In this document: in pieces, positions 10,012-20,469 of the stretch | Layout of the letters: the number at the start of each line of letters is the position of its first letter | How positions within the stretch are numbered: the stretch's first letter is position 1 | Assembly (NCBI GenBank): GCA_048886685.1 | Contig: JBHLKM010000004.1 | Coordinates: 18,486 to 82,485 of the forward strand | Direction of reading: 5' to 3' | Length of the DNA stretch: 64,000 nucleotides | From: Candidatus Hodarchaeota archaeon | Lineage (GTDB): Archaea; Asgardarchaeota; Lokiarchaeia; Sigyniarchaeales; SOKP01 | Translations under genes and position numbers: made by a program | Notes under the pieces: generated by a model | Databases searched by the model: none | Seen by the model: only the letters and a program-made list of their open reading frames with translations | Told to the model about the DNA's origin: nothing

Positions 10012-10959
10012 TCACTTTAATTTTTTTTTAATTACTATTGTTGATATTGTTATAATCAATCCTATGATAAATAACGAGTATCCTGGAATTCCTGGTTTTG
10101 GTGGTTCACATTCAAAGGTGTTATCTTCCAAGATATTTTCTGTACCCCCTGCTGCATAATAATTAATGATGCTTCCACAGAATTTGTTTCCTATTATGTT
10201 ATTATAAGAACTTGCTTCCAAAAATAAACCTCGATCAATATTATTTTTTCCTTCATTATACAAGATATCATTGTAATTACTGTACATTTTTAAACAGATG
10301 CCGCAATAAGCATTATTACTCATAGTATTTTCCAATATTGTATTATTATTACTCTTGATTAAAAATATCCCATGACCCAATTGTTGGGAAGTATCTTCTC
10401 TAAAATAAATATTTCTATTCATTTTATTTCCGGAAATCGAGTTATTAGCGCAATCACTCATATAAATTCCGTTATAACCATTATTAGAAAAAATACTGTC
10501 AATTATTAAACCATTTCTAACATAACTAAGTCGTAGTCCAGCATTATACGCTTCAGTTCCACTATTATAAAAATTACAGTTTCTAATCACGAAATAAACA
10601 TCAGAAGATATAATCTCGAAACAGTTACCTGCACCACCACCATTTATTTCAATGTTCTCAATGATATAAGGATTTAACGAACTCCCATCACCCCCACCAA
10701 ACCAAGGTTGACTCTCAACCCATGTCCAATTATGTGCACCAACACCCCCCGCGGTTCCATCAATAAAAACTGGACTCAATTCCAAATAACTTGAAATTTC
10801 CAGCTTATTATCATTAAAATCGTTAAAAGCTTTATCATTTCTAAAATCAATATTTTTAATGATTAATAATAGTGAAGAAACACAAACTGCGATTGTTAGA
10901 AGTGTTAGTGCTAGTAGTATACTCCAATTTTTTTTTGTTTTCATTGTTCTAATTCTCAC
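10012..10959 (-). CDS. Secreted parallel beta-helix (NosD/CASH) protein with Loki-CTERM-like C-terminal anchor
   Basis: N-terminal hydrophobic signal, GDGSSLNPYIIEN, Asn-rich GIYL repeats, C-terminal IPGY-TM-KKKLK. Confidence 0.8.
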   Translation of the reverse strand: MRIRTMKTKKNWSILLALTLLTIAVCVSSLLLIIKNIDFRNDKAFNDFNDNKLEISSYLELSPVFIDGTAGGVGAHNWTWVESQPWFGGGDGSSLNPYIIENIEINGGGAGNCFEIISSDVYFVIRNCNFYNSGTEAYNAGLRLSYVRNGLIIDSIFSNNGYNGIYMSDCANNSISGNKMNRNIYFREDTSQQLGHGIFLIKSNNNTILENTMSNNAYCGICLKMYSNYNDILYNEGKNNIDRGLFLEASSYNNIIGNKFCGSIINYYAAGGTENILEDNTFECEPPKPGIPGYSLFIIGLIITISTIVIKKKLK

Positions 10960-11060
10960 TCTTTTTTTTTTAGAATCTTTAAATTATCTTTTTTATTGTT
11001 TTTTTTAGTAGATTTCTCCATTTAAGATGGCACAGTGCTGAATCATGTGTTTGGTGGCAC

Positions 11061-11088
11061 TGTCCCATTATATATAATATATGGGACA
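11061..11088. promoter_or_regulatory. Perfect 8-bp inverted repeat TGTCCCAT-N12-ATGGGACA, candidate operator
   Basis: GC-containing palindrome in an AT-rich divergent intergenic region upstream of an HTH gene; spacer is TATA-like. Confidence 0.5.
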
Positions 11089-11192
11089 CACTCATATTTA
11101 AATGTTACCATCACCATTTAATATATAGAGAAAATAAAATTTTATTAAAACAAATTTAGAAATAGTTTTATGATTATTAATTAAAACTTAAA

Positions 11193-11981
11193 TTGATTAT
11201 TTTTATGAATTACAATCAAAATAATGAATCAGAAAGATTCAATGAAGATGATACTGATACTGTAGAAAAAAACAATGGAGATTTATCAATTAAACAAAAA
11301 TTTTATGGTGAACTTTATTTAGGAAAAGATTGGGAATTTTTAATTTCCAAACATACAACGCGTTATGATATTTGGATGTTTCTCAAATTATATCATGAAT
11401 TAAATGTTAGTCAAATAAGCAAATATATAAAACAAAGCAAATCTACAGTGTCAAGAGTTTTAATCGCCATGGAAAGTGATGGGCTTTTAGTATCTAGAAG
11501 GGGAAAACTAAAAGTAGGAGAAAGAGAAAGAATACCACCAAAATATTATCGTATTAGTGAAAAATATAGGAAGGAGGATGAAACTGAAAGAAATTTTATG
11601 GAAATACCTTCAGATCCACAAGAACTGCATGACTTCTTGCTTTCAGAGATTCAAAACTATCAAAGTGCTATATATAATGTTATTAGGTTGGTGAATTATT
11701 TGAGTTCCTCACTAAATTATCTGGATGATCATTTGGAAGATATTGAAAAAGCTAAAGATATTTATCAAGAGTTTTTATCAGGAATAAATGAACCAGAATT
11801 TAATTTTGTGTTTTTAGATAAGAAGCGGTTTAGGAAATTTTATGATCTACGTTTAGAATATATCATAAAATTGAAAAAATTAAGTATGGAACAAGAATTA
11901 GACGCAGAAAGTGCTTTTGTCTATTTTGATTCTTTTTTACCTCTAAAAGCTCTTTTAAGATTATATAAAAAAGAAATATAA
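11193..11981 (+). CDS. Winged-helix HTH transcriptional regulator (ArsR/MarR-like)
   Basis: TRYDIWMFL..ELNVSQISKYIKQSKSTVSRVLIAMESDGLL..KYYRI. Confidence 0.8.
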   Translation: MIIFMNYNQNNESERFNEDDTDTVEKNNGDLSIKQKFYGELYLGKDWEFLISKHTTRYDIWMFLKLYHELNVSQISKYIKQSKSTVSRVLIAMESDGLLVSRRGKLKVGERERIPPKYYRISEKYRKEDETERNFMEIPSDPQELHDFLLSEIQNYQSAIYNVIRLVNYLSSSLNYLDDHLEDIEKAKDIYQEFLSGINEPEFNFVFLDKKRFRKFYDLRLEYIIKLKKLSMEQELDAESAFVYFDSFLPLKALLRLYKKEI

Positions 11982-12180
11982 TAGTTTATTTTTTTTTTCC
12001 TAAACATACTGAAAATTGATTATATTTTCAAAAAGCTATTATGGTTGTTTTACAAAATATATTTTAGATTCAAATCAAGTTTATTAAACTTAAATAGTTG
12101 ATAATATTATTTTTTATTAAATTGTAAAAACATTATTTTATAAGTGCCATCCTACTTTATTTTTTTTTTGATATGATAAT

Positions 12181-13740
12181 ATGGGCGAACAAGAATTAGA
12201 AAAGAATGTAAAACCCGAAGAATTAATTCAAGCAGAAAAAAAAATTGAAGAGGGAGAATTTGATGAAGCCCTTAAACTTTTAAATATATTTGATAAAAAA
12301 CGTGGAATCCACCATTATGATAAATTGTCTTGTTATCATTTAAAAGGACAGCTATTAATTTGGCAGGGAAATTATGAAGAAGCTATTAAAATAAGTGAAG
12401 AAATGTATAAATTCTCCCAATTATATGATAGTAAACTCAAATCAATAGATGCTTTAATTTTGCTCTCTCATATTCATACTTATCAATATGAAGATGATAA
12501 AGCTCTTAATATAATTGAGCAAGCGGAAAAATTACTGAAAAAAATCTCTCAAAAATCATCAAAGATTTATTTAAGCAGAGAAGCTCATTTAGTTTATTGT
12601 AAGGGTTTAATTTTCGCTCATAAAGGTGATTTAGTTCGAGCTTTAGAGTATCTTGAAAGAAGTCTAACTCTACGAGAAGAACTTGGGAATAAGCAAGAAA
12701 TCTCTCAATCTCTTTGGAGTATTGGACGAATTCTAACTTATGATGGTAAGATAGTTAGAGCTTTTGATATTTTAGAGCGTAGTTTGACACTTGCAACGAA
12801 AAGTAATAGTTTATTTTATGTTGGGGCGATTCTTAATACTATTGGAACGATAGAATCCTTCTGGGAAGGTAAAATCAATCGAGGGTTAGCGAATTATGAA
12901 AAAAGTCTTGCAATTTTCAAGAAAATTAACAATAACTATGCTATTAGTGGACTTCTTAATAATATAAGTGGTATATATGATCGAAAAGGAGAACTAAATC
13001 GAGCTTTAGATTACTTAGACCAAAGTTTAGCATTCGTTGAGGTTCTTAAGATTGTGCGACCAAAAATTAATATCTTAGATACAGCAATTCAAATTTCCCT
13101 TGAAATTGGTGATGTTAAGCGGGCACAAGAATACTTTCAAAAATTAGATGAAATCAATGATCAAGAAGATAATGAAGAAATTAATTTTATACACCTTTAT
13201 AATAAGGCTTCGTTATTGAAATTGAGTTCTCTGAAAAGTGATCAAATCAGAGCCAGGGAGATATTAACGGAAATCGTTGAGAAAAAAATACCATTTCTTT
13301 TCGAAAATGAAGTTAGATCTTTGCTTAATCTTTGCGACATATTACTGACCGAATTCCATGATACCAGTAATTTAGAATTGTTGGATCAAATACAATTATA
13401 TATTAATCAAATCTTAAATATTGCTAAGAATCAAAAATTATATTGGTTATTAGTCGAATCATACTTAATAGATATAAAATTTGACTTAGTAACTTTAGAT
13501 TTGAAAAAGGCACAAAAAACATTAACCGAAGCTCAAGAAATAGCCGAAAAATATAGTATGAATCAACTAGTTAAGAGAATATCGATAGAGCAGAAAAACT
13601 TGTTTAAACAAAAAAATAAATGGTTAAAATTAAGAGATTCAGATATAAAAATAGTAGAACTTGCAAACTTAATCCCATTAAAAGAACAAATAAACTATAT
13701 GCTCAAAAAACGTGAGATGTTTAAAGGGTTTAATATTTAA
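12181..13740 (+). CDS. Tetratricopeptide repeat protein
   Basis: Repeated ALEYLERSL / LNNIG-type TPR helices. Confidence 0.85.
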   Translation: MGEQELEKNVKPEELIQAEKKIEEGEFDEALKLLNIFDKKRGIHHYDKLSCYHLKGQLLIWQGNYEEAIKISEEMYKFSQLYDSKLKSIDALILLSHIHTYQYEDDKALNIIEQAEKLLKKISQKSSKIYLSREAHLVYCKGLIFAHKGDLVRALEYLERSLTLREELGNKQEISQSLWSIGRILTYDGKIVRAFDILERSLTLATKSNSLFYVGAILNTIGTIESFWEGKINRGLANYEKSLAIFKKINNNYAISGLLNNISGIYDRKGELNRALDYLDQSLAFVEVLKIVRPKINILDTAIQISLEIGDVKRAQEYFQKLDEINDQEDNEEINFIHLYNKASLLKLSSLKSDQIRAREILTEIVEKKIPFLFENEVRSLLNLCDILLTEFHDTSNLELLDQIQLYINQILNIAKNQKLYWLLVESYLIDIKFDLVTLDLKKAQKTLTEAQEIAEKYSMNQLVKRISIEQKNLFKQKNKWLKLRDSDIKIVELANLIPLKEQINYMLKKREMFKGFNI

Positions 13741-14148
13741 TGAAAAGATATTTGGAAGGTTTAACTAAGTATCTTTTACTTAAAATATTACTCAATTGAT
13801 CATGAAATTTATAATTTACAATTTAATAATTCTATTATCATTTTTTGTTTAAATATAACAACTTATTTGGGTTTATTAAAAGATAGCACATTTCAGCGAC
13901 AAAAAAGAATACTGAAGTTTTAAAATAAAATCATAAAAGATATATGTACAAATTTGTGTATATTCCATAGATTTACATAATTGTTAATAAACAAAAAGTA
14001 GAGAGGTTAATCAATAGCTTAATAATAACCCATCAATAATTTTATATTAGATTAAATAATAAATTTATAGGTAGGTTAAGGCAATTTAATTAATTATTTA
14101 ATAAACAAGCCGATAAAATTCTTAATTTAATTTTTCAAGCATAAATGG

Positions 14149-16410
14149 ATGAATAGAATGACCAATAATTCGTTTTCGTTAATAGATTTATATCCAAAGT
14201 ATGTAATTAATTCGAAGGGGGAGAAGAAGAAATTCGATGAAAACAGCATCGCTAAAGTTTTGAACAAAGAAACTGGTTTGGATATGCATATCTCTGAAAA
14301 GGTAGCTGAGGATGTTATACGCACAATAATTGGCCTAGGAGTGGACGAGATCACTACAAATTATATACGCGAATTGGTTTGTGTTGAATTGACTCAACGT
14401 GGATTAAATAAATATAGAAATCTATTTGCAAGAGCTATTAATTTAGAAAGTATTGGATTTAGACTTGACGACGAATTTATTAACGAATTCAGAGGTAAAC
14501 AACCTGATTGGGGGCCCATAGGATATATTACATATAAAAGGACATATGCGAGAATAATTGAAGAGGAAAACCGGAAGGAAGAATTTTGGGAAACCATAAG
14601 ACGGGTAGTGGAAGGATGTTATTCAATCCAGAAAGAGCATTGTATGAAATTGAGCTTACCTTGGAATGACCAAAAGGCTCAAAAATCAGCTCAGGTTATG
14701 TTTGAAAAGATTTGGAATTTTAAATTTTCTCCTCCCGGACGTGGGTTATGGATGATGGGCACTGAGTTTATTGCGCGTCATGGATCAATGTCTCTTAATA
14801 ACTGTGGATTCGCATCAACAGAAGATATCGACCTAAAGTACTCAAAGGCATTTGAATTTGTCATGGATGCTTTAATGCTTGGCGTGGGAGTTGGATTTGA
14901 CACAAGAGGGGCAGGTAAAATAAAAATACAGAAACCTAAGGAAGGAACTTTTAATTTTGAAATAGAAGACTCTCGAGAAGGATGGGTGGAATCGCTAAAG
15001 TTAATTCTTGAAGCTTATTTCTTAGGAAAGCAAATTCCCACTTTCGACTTTGGTAAGATACGTCCTGCTGGTGAGCCAATTAGAGGATTTGGTGGTATTG
15101 CTTCTGGTCCAAAACCATTAAAAGAGATGCTAGAAGACATTCAGAAGATCCTTGAGGCACGTATTGGACATATGATTACTTCCGTTGATATAGTTGATAT
15201 TATGAATCATGTCGGTAAATGTGTAGTCGCTGGTAATGTACGAAGAAGTGCAGAAATAGCTCTAGGAGATCCTACCGATCTAGATTTTGTAACCTGCAAA
15301 CAAGATGAAGAAGCCTTATATTCTCACAGATGGGCTAGTAATAATTCTGTATTTGCCGTTAAAGGATTAAATTATTCTTTTATTGCTGATCAAATTGCTG
15401 TAAACGGAGAACCTGGAATTTTTTGGCTAGATAATGCCAGAAACTATTCAAGAATGGGTGATGCCCCTGACTTTAAAGATAAAAAGGTAGCAGGAGTTAA
15501 TCCGTGTGGGGAACAGAGCTTAGAATCATTTGAATTATGTTGTCTTGTTGAAACATTTCCCTCCCGTCATGAAAGTTATGAAGAATTTGAAGATACTTTA
15601 AAATATGCTTACTTATATTCTAAATCTGTTACATTAGTAAACACACATTGGAAAGAAACTAATGCAGTTATGCTAAAGAATAGAAGAATGGGAATCTCTC
15701 AAACGGGAATAATAGAAGCTTTCGTTAAGCACGGAAGAAGAAAGATGTTGGAATGGTGCGACAAAGCTTATAGGTATCTTCGAGAACTAGATGAACAATA
15801 TTCTGATTGGCTTTGTATTCCAAAGAGCATAAAAATTACTACTGTGAAACCAAGTGGTACTGTTAGCCTGCTTCCAGGCGTACCTCCTGGTATTCATTAT
15901 CCTCATTCTGAATATTACATAAGGAGAATAAGACTTTCAAATAATTCAGATTTGATTGAACACATAAAAAATGCTGGTTATAAGATTGAAGATGATTTAT
16001 ATTCACCAAATACAGTTGTGGCGGAATTTCCAATTCATGAAAAATATTTTGACCGCTCCAAAAATGAAGTATCGATTTGGGAACAAGCCGCTAACGCAAT
16101 CGATTACCAAAGGGTATGGTCTGATAACCAAGTGAGTATTACAGTGACTTTTAAACCAGAAGAAGCAAACCAGATTAAACACGTTCTACAATTCTGTGAG
16201 GACAAACTTAAAAGTGCAAGTTTTTTACCTATTAAAGAGCACGGTTACAAGCAAGCACCTTACGAAGAAATCACTAAAGAACAATATGAGGCAATGATAG
16301 CAAATATTAGGCCTTTATTCTTAGATGAAACAAAAGACAGGGCAATTGGAGTTAAATTTTGTGATGCTGATGGTGTTTGTGAAGTGATAATAGATTTTAA
16401 AAAGAAATAG
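14149..16410 (+). CDS. nrdJ: Class II (adenosylcobalamin-dependent) ribonucleotide reductase with N-terminal ATP cone
   Basis: ATP cone (VINSKGEKKKFD), PPGRGLW, NNC, GNVRRSA, NPCGEQ thiyl Cys, TTVKPSGTVS, C-terminal CDADGVC. Confidence 0.93.
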   Translation: MNRMTNNSFSLIDLYPKYVINSKGEKKKFDENSIAKVLNKETGLDMHISEKVAEDVIRTIIGLGVDEITTNYIRELVCVELTQRGLNKYRNLFARAINLESIGFRLDDEFINEFRGKQPDWGPIGYITYKRTYARIIEEENRKEEFWETIRRVVEGCYSIQKEHCMKLSLPWNDQKAQKSAQVMFEKIWNFKFSPPGRGLWMMGTEFIARHGSMSLNNCGFASTEDIDLKYSKAFEFVMDALMLGVGVGFDTRGAGKIKIQKPKEGTFNFEIEDSREGWVESLKLILEAYFLGKQIPTFDFGKIRPAGEPIRGFGGIASGPKPLKEMLEDIQKILEARIGHMITSVDIVDIMNHVGKCVVAGNVRRSAEIALGDPTDLDFVTCKQDEEALYSHRWASNNSVFAVKGLNYSFIADQIAVNGEPGIFWLDNARNYSRMGDAPDFKDKKVAGVNPCGEQSLESFELCCLVETFPSRHESYEEFEDTLKYAYLYSKSVTLVNTHWKETNAVMLKNRRMGISQTGIIEAFVKHGRRKMLEWCDKAYRYLRELDEQYSDWLCIPKSIKITTVKPSGTVSLLPGVPPGIHYPHSEYYIRRIRLSNNSDLIEHIKNAGYKIEDDLYSPNTVVAEFPIHEKYFDRSKNEVSIWEQAANAIDYQRVWSDNQVSITVTFKPEEANQIKHVLQFCEDKLKSASFLPIKEHGYKQAPYEEITKEQYEAMIANIRPLFLDETKDRAIGVKFCDADGVCEVIIDFKKK

Positions 16411-16432
16411 AATTTTAAGAATCTTTCAATAA

Positions 16433-16723
16433 TTATTCTAAATTCATTGCAATATCTTTAAAGATTTGATAAATATAAATTAAAATAACATCGAAATCTT
16501 TTTCGGGCATATCTGAACCATATATCCTTAATTTATTTAAGAGATATTCCAGTTTATCCAGCCCATATTGTAAGTGATTAATCTCACTTATATTCTTACC
16601 TTTATTAAGCTTAGATCTTAAAAATATAATCTCACTAATAAGCATACTAGTTAATTTCTCTTTTCTTGATTGAATAAAATCATTATATTGCCAAATCGAT
16701 GCTTTACTCATTTTTAAATCCAT
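16433..16723 (-). CDS. Small helical hypothetical protein
   Basis: 96-aa ORF filling the gap between genes. Confidence 0.55.
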   Translation of the reverse strand: MDLKMSKASIWQYNDFIQSRKEKLTSMLISEIIFLRSKLNKGKNISEINHLQYGLDKLEYLLNKLRIYGSDMPEKDFDVILIYIYQIFKDIAMNLE

Positions 16724-16851
16724 TTTTTCTTTTTCCTAAATAGAATTAAAATTTGAGCAAATTAATTTCTTATAGAGTCCAATAATTGAGTAGTTTTTAA
16801 ATGCAATATTAAATTAGTAAATTTTGGAAACTCTAAAATGAGGGAAATAGG

Positions 16852-17664
16852 GTGAATATCCCAAAATCTCTTAAATATGTAGAAACACACGGATCGATAA
16901 TAGAAAAAGCCCGTCTTTCAGCTATTTTATTTAATAAAAAGCCATCTTCAGAAATTTTGGCAAAATTAGGGGCACTTCAAAAACCAGATGGAGGTTTTTC
17001 TTTTTGGGTAAAAGGTTTAAGTAACATAACTGATACTTGCTATATACTCGATTGGTTCGATGATTTAAAGGTGTATAAAGGAAAAATCGTTGATCCTGCA
17101 TGTAAATATCTTTTAGAGCGACAGCAAAAAGATGGAGGTTGGGACGAGATTTCTGAAATTGTTAATTTTAATCCACCGGAATGGATGTTACCCGGAAAAA
17201 TAGAAACTCGTGTATGGTTAACAGCTTACTGTGCCCATATATTAATCCGGTTTGGTTATGCTGAAGCAAAAGGTACCTATTGTCCCACAGATTTCTTACT
17301 TGCTAACTGCGATCCTTCCGGTAGATTAAAAGGTTATCTGCGTGCCACCTGGATGGCATTACCTATGTTAGCTTTTTATCCTGGACCAGATCTAGAATCA
17401 TTTAATAGAGCAGTTAAAGTGGTTGAAGATAATTTCTCTCCTGAGTGGAAAGGATCTTATATTGCATGGTTGCTACATTTCTTAAAAGATGCTGGTATAA
17501 CTGATGATCATCAACTAGTAATAAAAGCAATTTCAGAGTTAGAAAAAAAGCAAAATGATGATGGAAGTTGGGATCCAGAGGAAGAAGAGGGGGAAGAGCA
17601 AAGAGTTAATGCAACTGTATTATCATTAAGAGCATTGAAAGATTTTAATGCCTTTAAACTCTAA
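16852..17664 (+). CDS. Prenyltransferase/squalene oxidase repeat (alpha/alpha barrel) protein
   Basis: QW-like motifs QKPDGGF, QQKDGGW, QNDDGSW. Confidence 0.75.
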   Translation: MNIPKSLKYVETHGSIIEKARLSAILFNKKPSSEILAKLGALQKPDGGFSFWVKGLSNITDTCYILDWFDDLKVYKGKIVDPACKYLLERQQKDGGWDEISEIVNFNPPEWMLPGKIETRVWLTAYCAHILIRFGYAEAKGTYCPTDFLLANCDPSGRLKGYLRATWMALPMLAFYPGPDLESFNRAVKVVEDNFSPEWKGSYIAWLLHFLKDAGITDDHQLVIKAISELEKKQNDDGSWDPEEEEGEEQRVNATVLSLRALKDFNAFKL

Positions 17665-17902
17665 TTGTTTCTTTTATAATTTCCTGTATTATGTTAAGTA
17701 ATAATATCTATTAATTGATTAAATATTTACTCAAGTCCTTATAAAAAAATGATTTTAATTAGACATCTTTTTAAAACAATCAAGGAACCTTAAGACAAAC
17801 CTTTGAATTAATAATAATTTAAGGTAAAAATTATAAGGTACCTTAATGAAAATAAATTTAACACACTATTATTTATAATACAAATTTTAAATGTGATTTT
17901 GA

Positions 17903-18841
17903 ATGTCAGAAGAAGATCCAGTTGAAGAATTGGAGGATTTGGCTAAAAAGGCAAAACCACGAGCAACGATAAGAGAAAAACCAACAAAAAAGAAAACTAC
18001 AAAAGCTCCAAAGACAAAAGAAGCTCCTGCAGAGGCACCAAAACCTAAAAGAATGGTACATAAAAGAATGAAAGTCAATTTCTGGCGTACACGTTTGCAC
18101 GATGAGGAACTCGGAATACATCAACAGCTCAAATATCAAGCAAAAACTAGATGGTTCTCAAAAACCTTTGATATTGAAGGAGTAGTAGAAGTAGATAAGG
18201 AGAAAAAATATATCATTGCTTATAGTAAGGATTCGTGGGAAGAAAAACCAGATATTGAAAAAAGACTTGTTTGCAGAATTTTCACGATAATGGAAGAAAA
18301 AATTACAGATGCACATGAAGCTAAGGGGGGAAATTATAAGGGAGGTCTTGAACTGAGTGTTACTCACTCATTAATTCAGAGTTATGAAATTAAACATCCT
18401 GCTCCAGTATTTTTTATGCAGATACCAAGAACAATCAATTTATCTCGAGTAGTTAGAGGTTGGAGATTAGTAGGAACACGATGGACATGGCCATTGCTTC
18501 CAGAACAGAAAGATGATAAATTCCAAGTAGTTCGGGCAAAGGGGGTTGTTGGACCAGGAAGAAATTACAATATATTCATTGGTGACGTTAAAGTTGCACG
18601 TGTAGATGGACAGGTTGTCCAGAAAAATTTTGAAGTTGAAATTTACGACAAAAACTACGCGAAAGATAAGACTTTTGTTATCTATTTGATATTATTTGGA
18701 TGTATGTGTAATTTCATGAAGGACGCGGAGAAAATTGTTAAAAAATTGTATAAACAAATGAAAAAGACAGCAACCTCAGATTATAAACCACCTAAGCAGG
18801 AACTCGATTTGTTCAGGAATCCCCGTATGATGAGACGTTAG
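17903..18841 (+). CDS. Hypothetical protein, Lys/Pro-rich N-terminus and possible Tubby/LURP-one/scramblase-like beta barrel
   Basis: Beta-strand-rich body followed by one hydrophobic helix (FVIYLILFGCMCNF). Confidence 0.5.
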   Translation: MSEEDPVEELEDLAKKAKPRATIREKPTKKKTTKAPKTKEAPAEAPKPKRMVHKRMKVNFWRTRLHDEELGIHQQLKYQAKTRWFSKTFDIEGVVEVDKEKKYIIAYSKDSWEEKPDIEKRLVCRIFTIMEEKITDAHEAKGGNYKGGLELSVTHSLIQSYEIKHPAPVFFMQIPRTINLSRVVRGWRLVGTRWTWPLLPEQKDDKFQVVRAKGVVGPGRNYNIFIGDVKVARVDGQVVQKNFEVEIYDKNYAKDKTFVIYLILFGCMCNFMKDAEKIVKKLYKQMKKTATSDYKPPKQELDLFRNPRMMRR

Positions 18842-18977
18842 AATAGAATATTAAAATATATGATATCTATATTTATTTTATTTTTTTTAAATTTTAATTT
18901 AAGTCTCTTTTTCTAATAATTTATTGCAAAAATAGAAATAAAAAAAATATACAAAATGCTACATTATTCCTTTAGGC

Positions 18978-19754
18978 CTATTGCTTAATCCCAAGTTTCT
19001 CTTTCCACTCTGTATAACCTCTTGTTTCTCTTCCTCGATGTATGGCTTTTTGTCCCATCTCTTTTTTGTAGATATCTCTAAGTGTTCGCTCATCAGAATT
19101 CTTAATTGCTTCTTTTTTTATGTTTTCTTCGATTTCAATCTCTTCTTCTATTTCTTTAACGTGACTTAGTACCCAGAAAACCCCTTTATTCCATAACATA
19201 ATACCAATAAAAATTATACCAATAAAAAGCCAGACAAGCAGTCCTACCCACATAATCCACATTCCAAGCGAAAATTCATCCACCATCCAGTTCCAGACTT
19301 TTTTAACAATATCTACAAATGCTGATGGAAGAAGCCCTATAATTACACTTATAAGGGTTACATAGAGACCTAGCAGTGCAACACCTATAAGCATGCGTAA
19401 TCCATAGTAATCCCTCCATTTACTGGCAATTAGACGATCTTTAAACATTATCTGACATAATCGTACCATTCCTCCACGAAAAAGGGTATAGAAGAGAACT
19501 AATAAAAATAAATGTCCTGTAACTGCTCCAGCTATAATCGCTACTTGAAATCCAAGATCAAGGTCTAACCAAACTTCCCAAGCACCCTCAGCGAATAAAA
19601 TACCAAGAATAACCCCCCATACACCTAGTACGAGTATTACTGTACCAAGTATAAATCCGTAATAAATTACTTTTGCATAACGTAAATCCCATACACTATA
19701 AACATCAAGTGGATCGGTTTCTCTATCCGGAGCTTTTCTTCCTGCACGCGGCAT
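18978..19754 (-). CDS. Membrane protein (4 TM) with charged C-terminal tail
   Basis: Four hydrophobic segments; good coding character. Confidence 0.7.
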   Translation of the reverse strand: MPRAGRKAPDRETDPLDVYSVWDLRYAKVIYYGFILGTVILVLGVWGVILGILFAEGAWEVWLDLDLGFQVAIIAGAVTGHLFLLVLFYTLFRGGMVRLCQIMFKDRLIASKWRDYYGLRMLIGVALLGLYVTLISVIIGLLPSAFVDIVKKVWNWMVDEFSLGMWIMWVGLLVWLFIGIIFIGIMLWNKGVFWVLSHVKEIEEEIEIEENIKKEAIKNSDERTLRDIYKKEMGQKAIHRGRETRGYTEWKEKLGIKQ

Positions 19755-19897
19755 ATTTATTTCATCTTTTAATTTTTTTATTTTAAATTTAGATTAAGTT
19801 TTAATAATTCTATATTTTTATAATTGGTTATTCTACTATTTATTTTTAATATATTTATGATGTAAAAAATGGTAATTACTTAGAGTTTATGAAATAA

Positions 19898-20338
19898 TTA
19901 CCATTGTATTACAGACTTACAGAAAGAACATGTTGGAAGTTTTTCTTCTAATTCTTCACCACAATATGGGCAGAATATTTTATCTTGCTCCGGTTTTTCT
20001 TTCTTTGGCTTCTTTTTGGGAGCTTGTTTTGTAGGTTCTTCTTCCATCTCTATCCCTGCTTTATCGAGTACTTTCTCTTTTGGTGTCATTTCCTCAAGTT
20101 TCTTTTTTGGTTTTTCGAAGGGTTGACCTGATTTGACTAGTTTAGTATAACAGTCTGGACAGTATTCCTTAGGTCTTGTAGAGAGATATATAGCATATAT
20201 AATTGCAGCAATACCGATTGTAGCAACTATAGCAATAATCCAAATAGTTTTCTGCATTCTTGTCAATGGTTTTCTATCAGGCTCTTCTACCTCACGTTTG
20301 CATGCATTACAATAATTATATATTATTTTAGTTGACAT
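19898..20338 (-). CDS. LITAF-like zinc-binding membrane protein with C-terminal zinc ribbon
   Basis: CNAC-hydrophobic helix-CPDC, then CPYC..CSFC; probable ATG start at 20338 (track starts at 20362). Confidence 0.65.
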   Translation of the reverse strand: MSTKIIYNYCNACKREVEEPDRKPLTRMQKTIWIIAIVATIGIAAIIYAIYLSTRPKEYCPDCYTKLVKSGQPFEKPKKKLEEMTPKEKVLDKAGIEMEEEPTKQAPKKKPKKEKPEQDKIFCPYCGEELEEKLPTCSFCKSVIQW

Positions 20339-20469
20339 TTCTACCCAACTTCTAATGTTCAATATGAGTTTTTTAACAAAAGATTATTTTAATTAAAAAA
20401 CGTTTTTATTATCTATTAATCAAGTTCTTTTTAATATAAATTATTATATTATTTTTAAATGATCTAAAT

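Noticed and set aside
13741-14148. Cobalamin riboswitch or ncRNA upstream of nrdJ
   Set aside because: The region is extremely AT-rich with no B12-box or stable stems visible
16852-17664. Squalene-hopene/oxidosqualene cyclase implying sterol or hopanoid synthesis
   Set aside because: Only 270 aa (single barrel) and no DXDD/DCTAE catalytic motif
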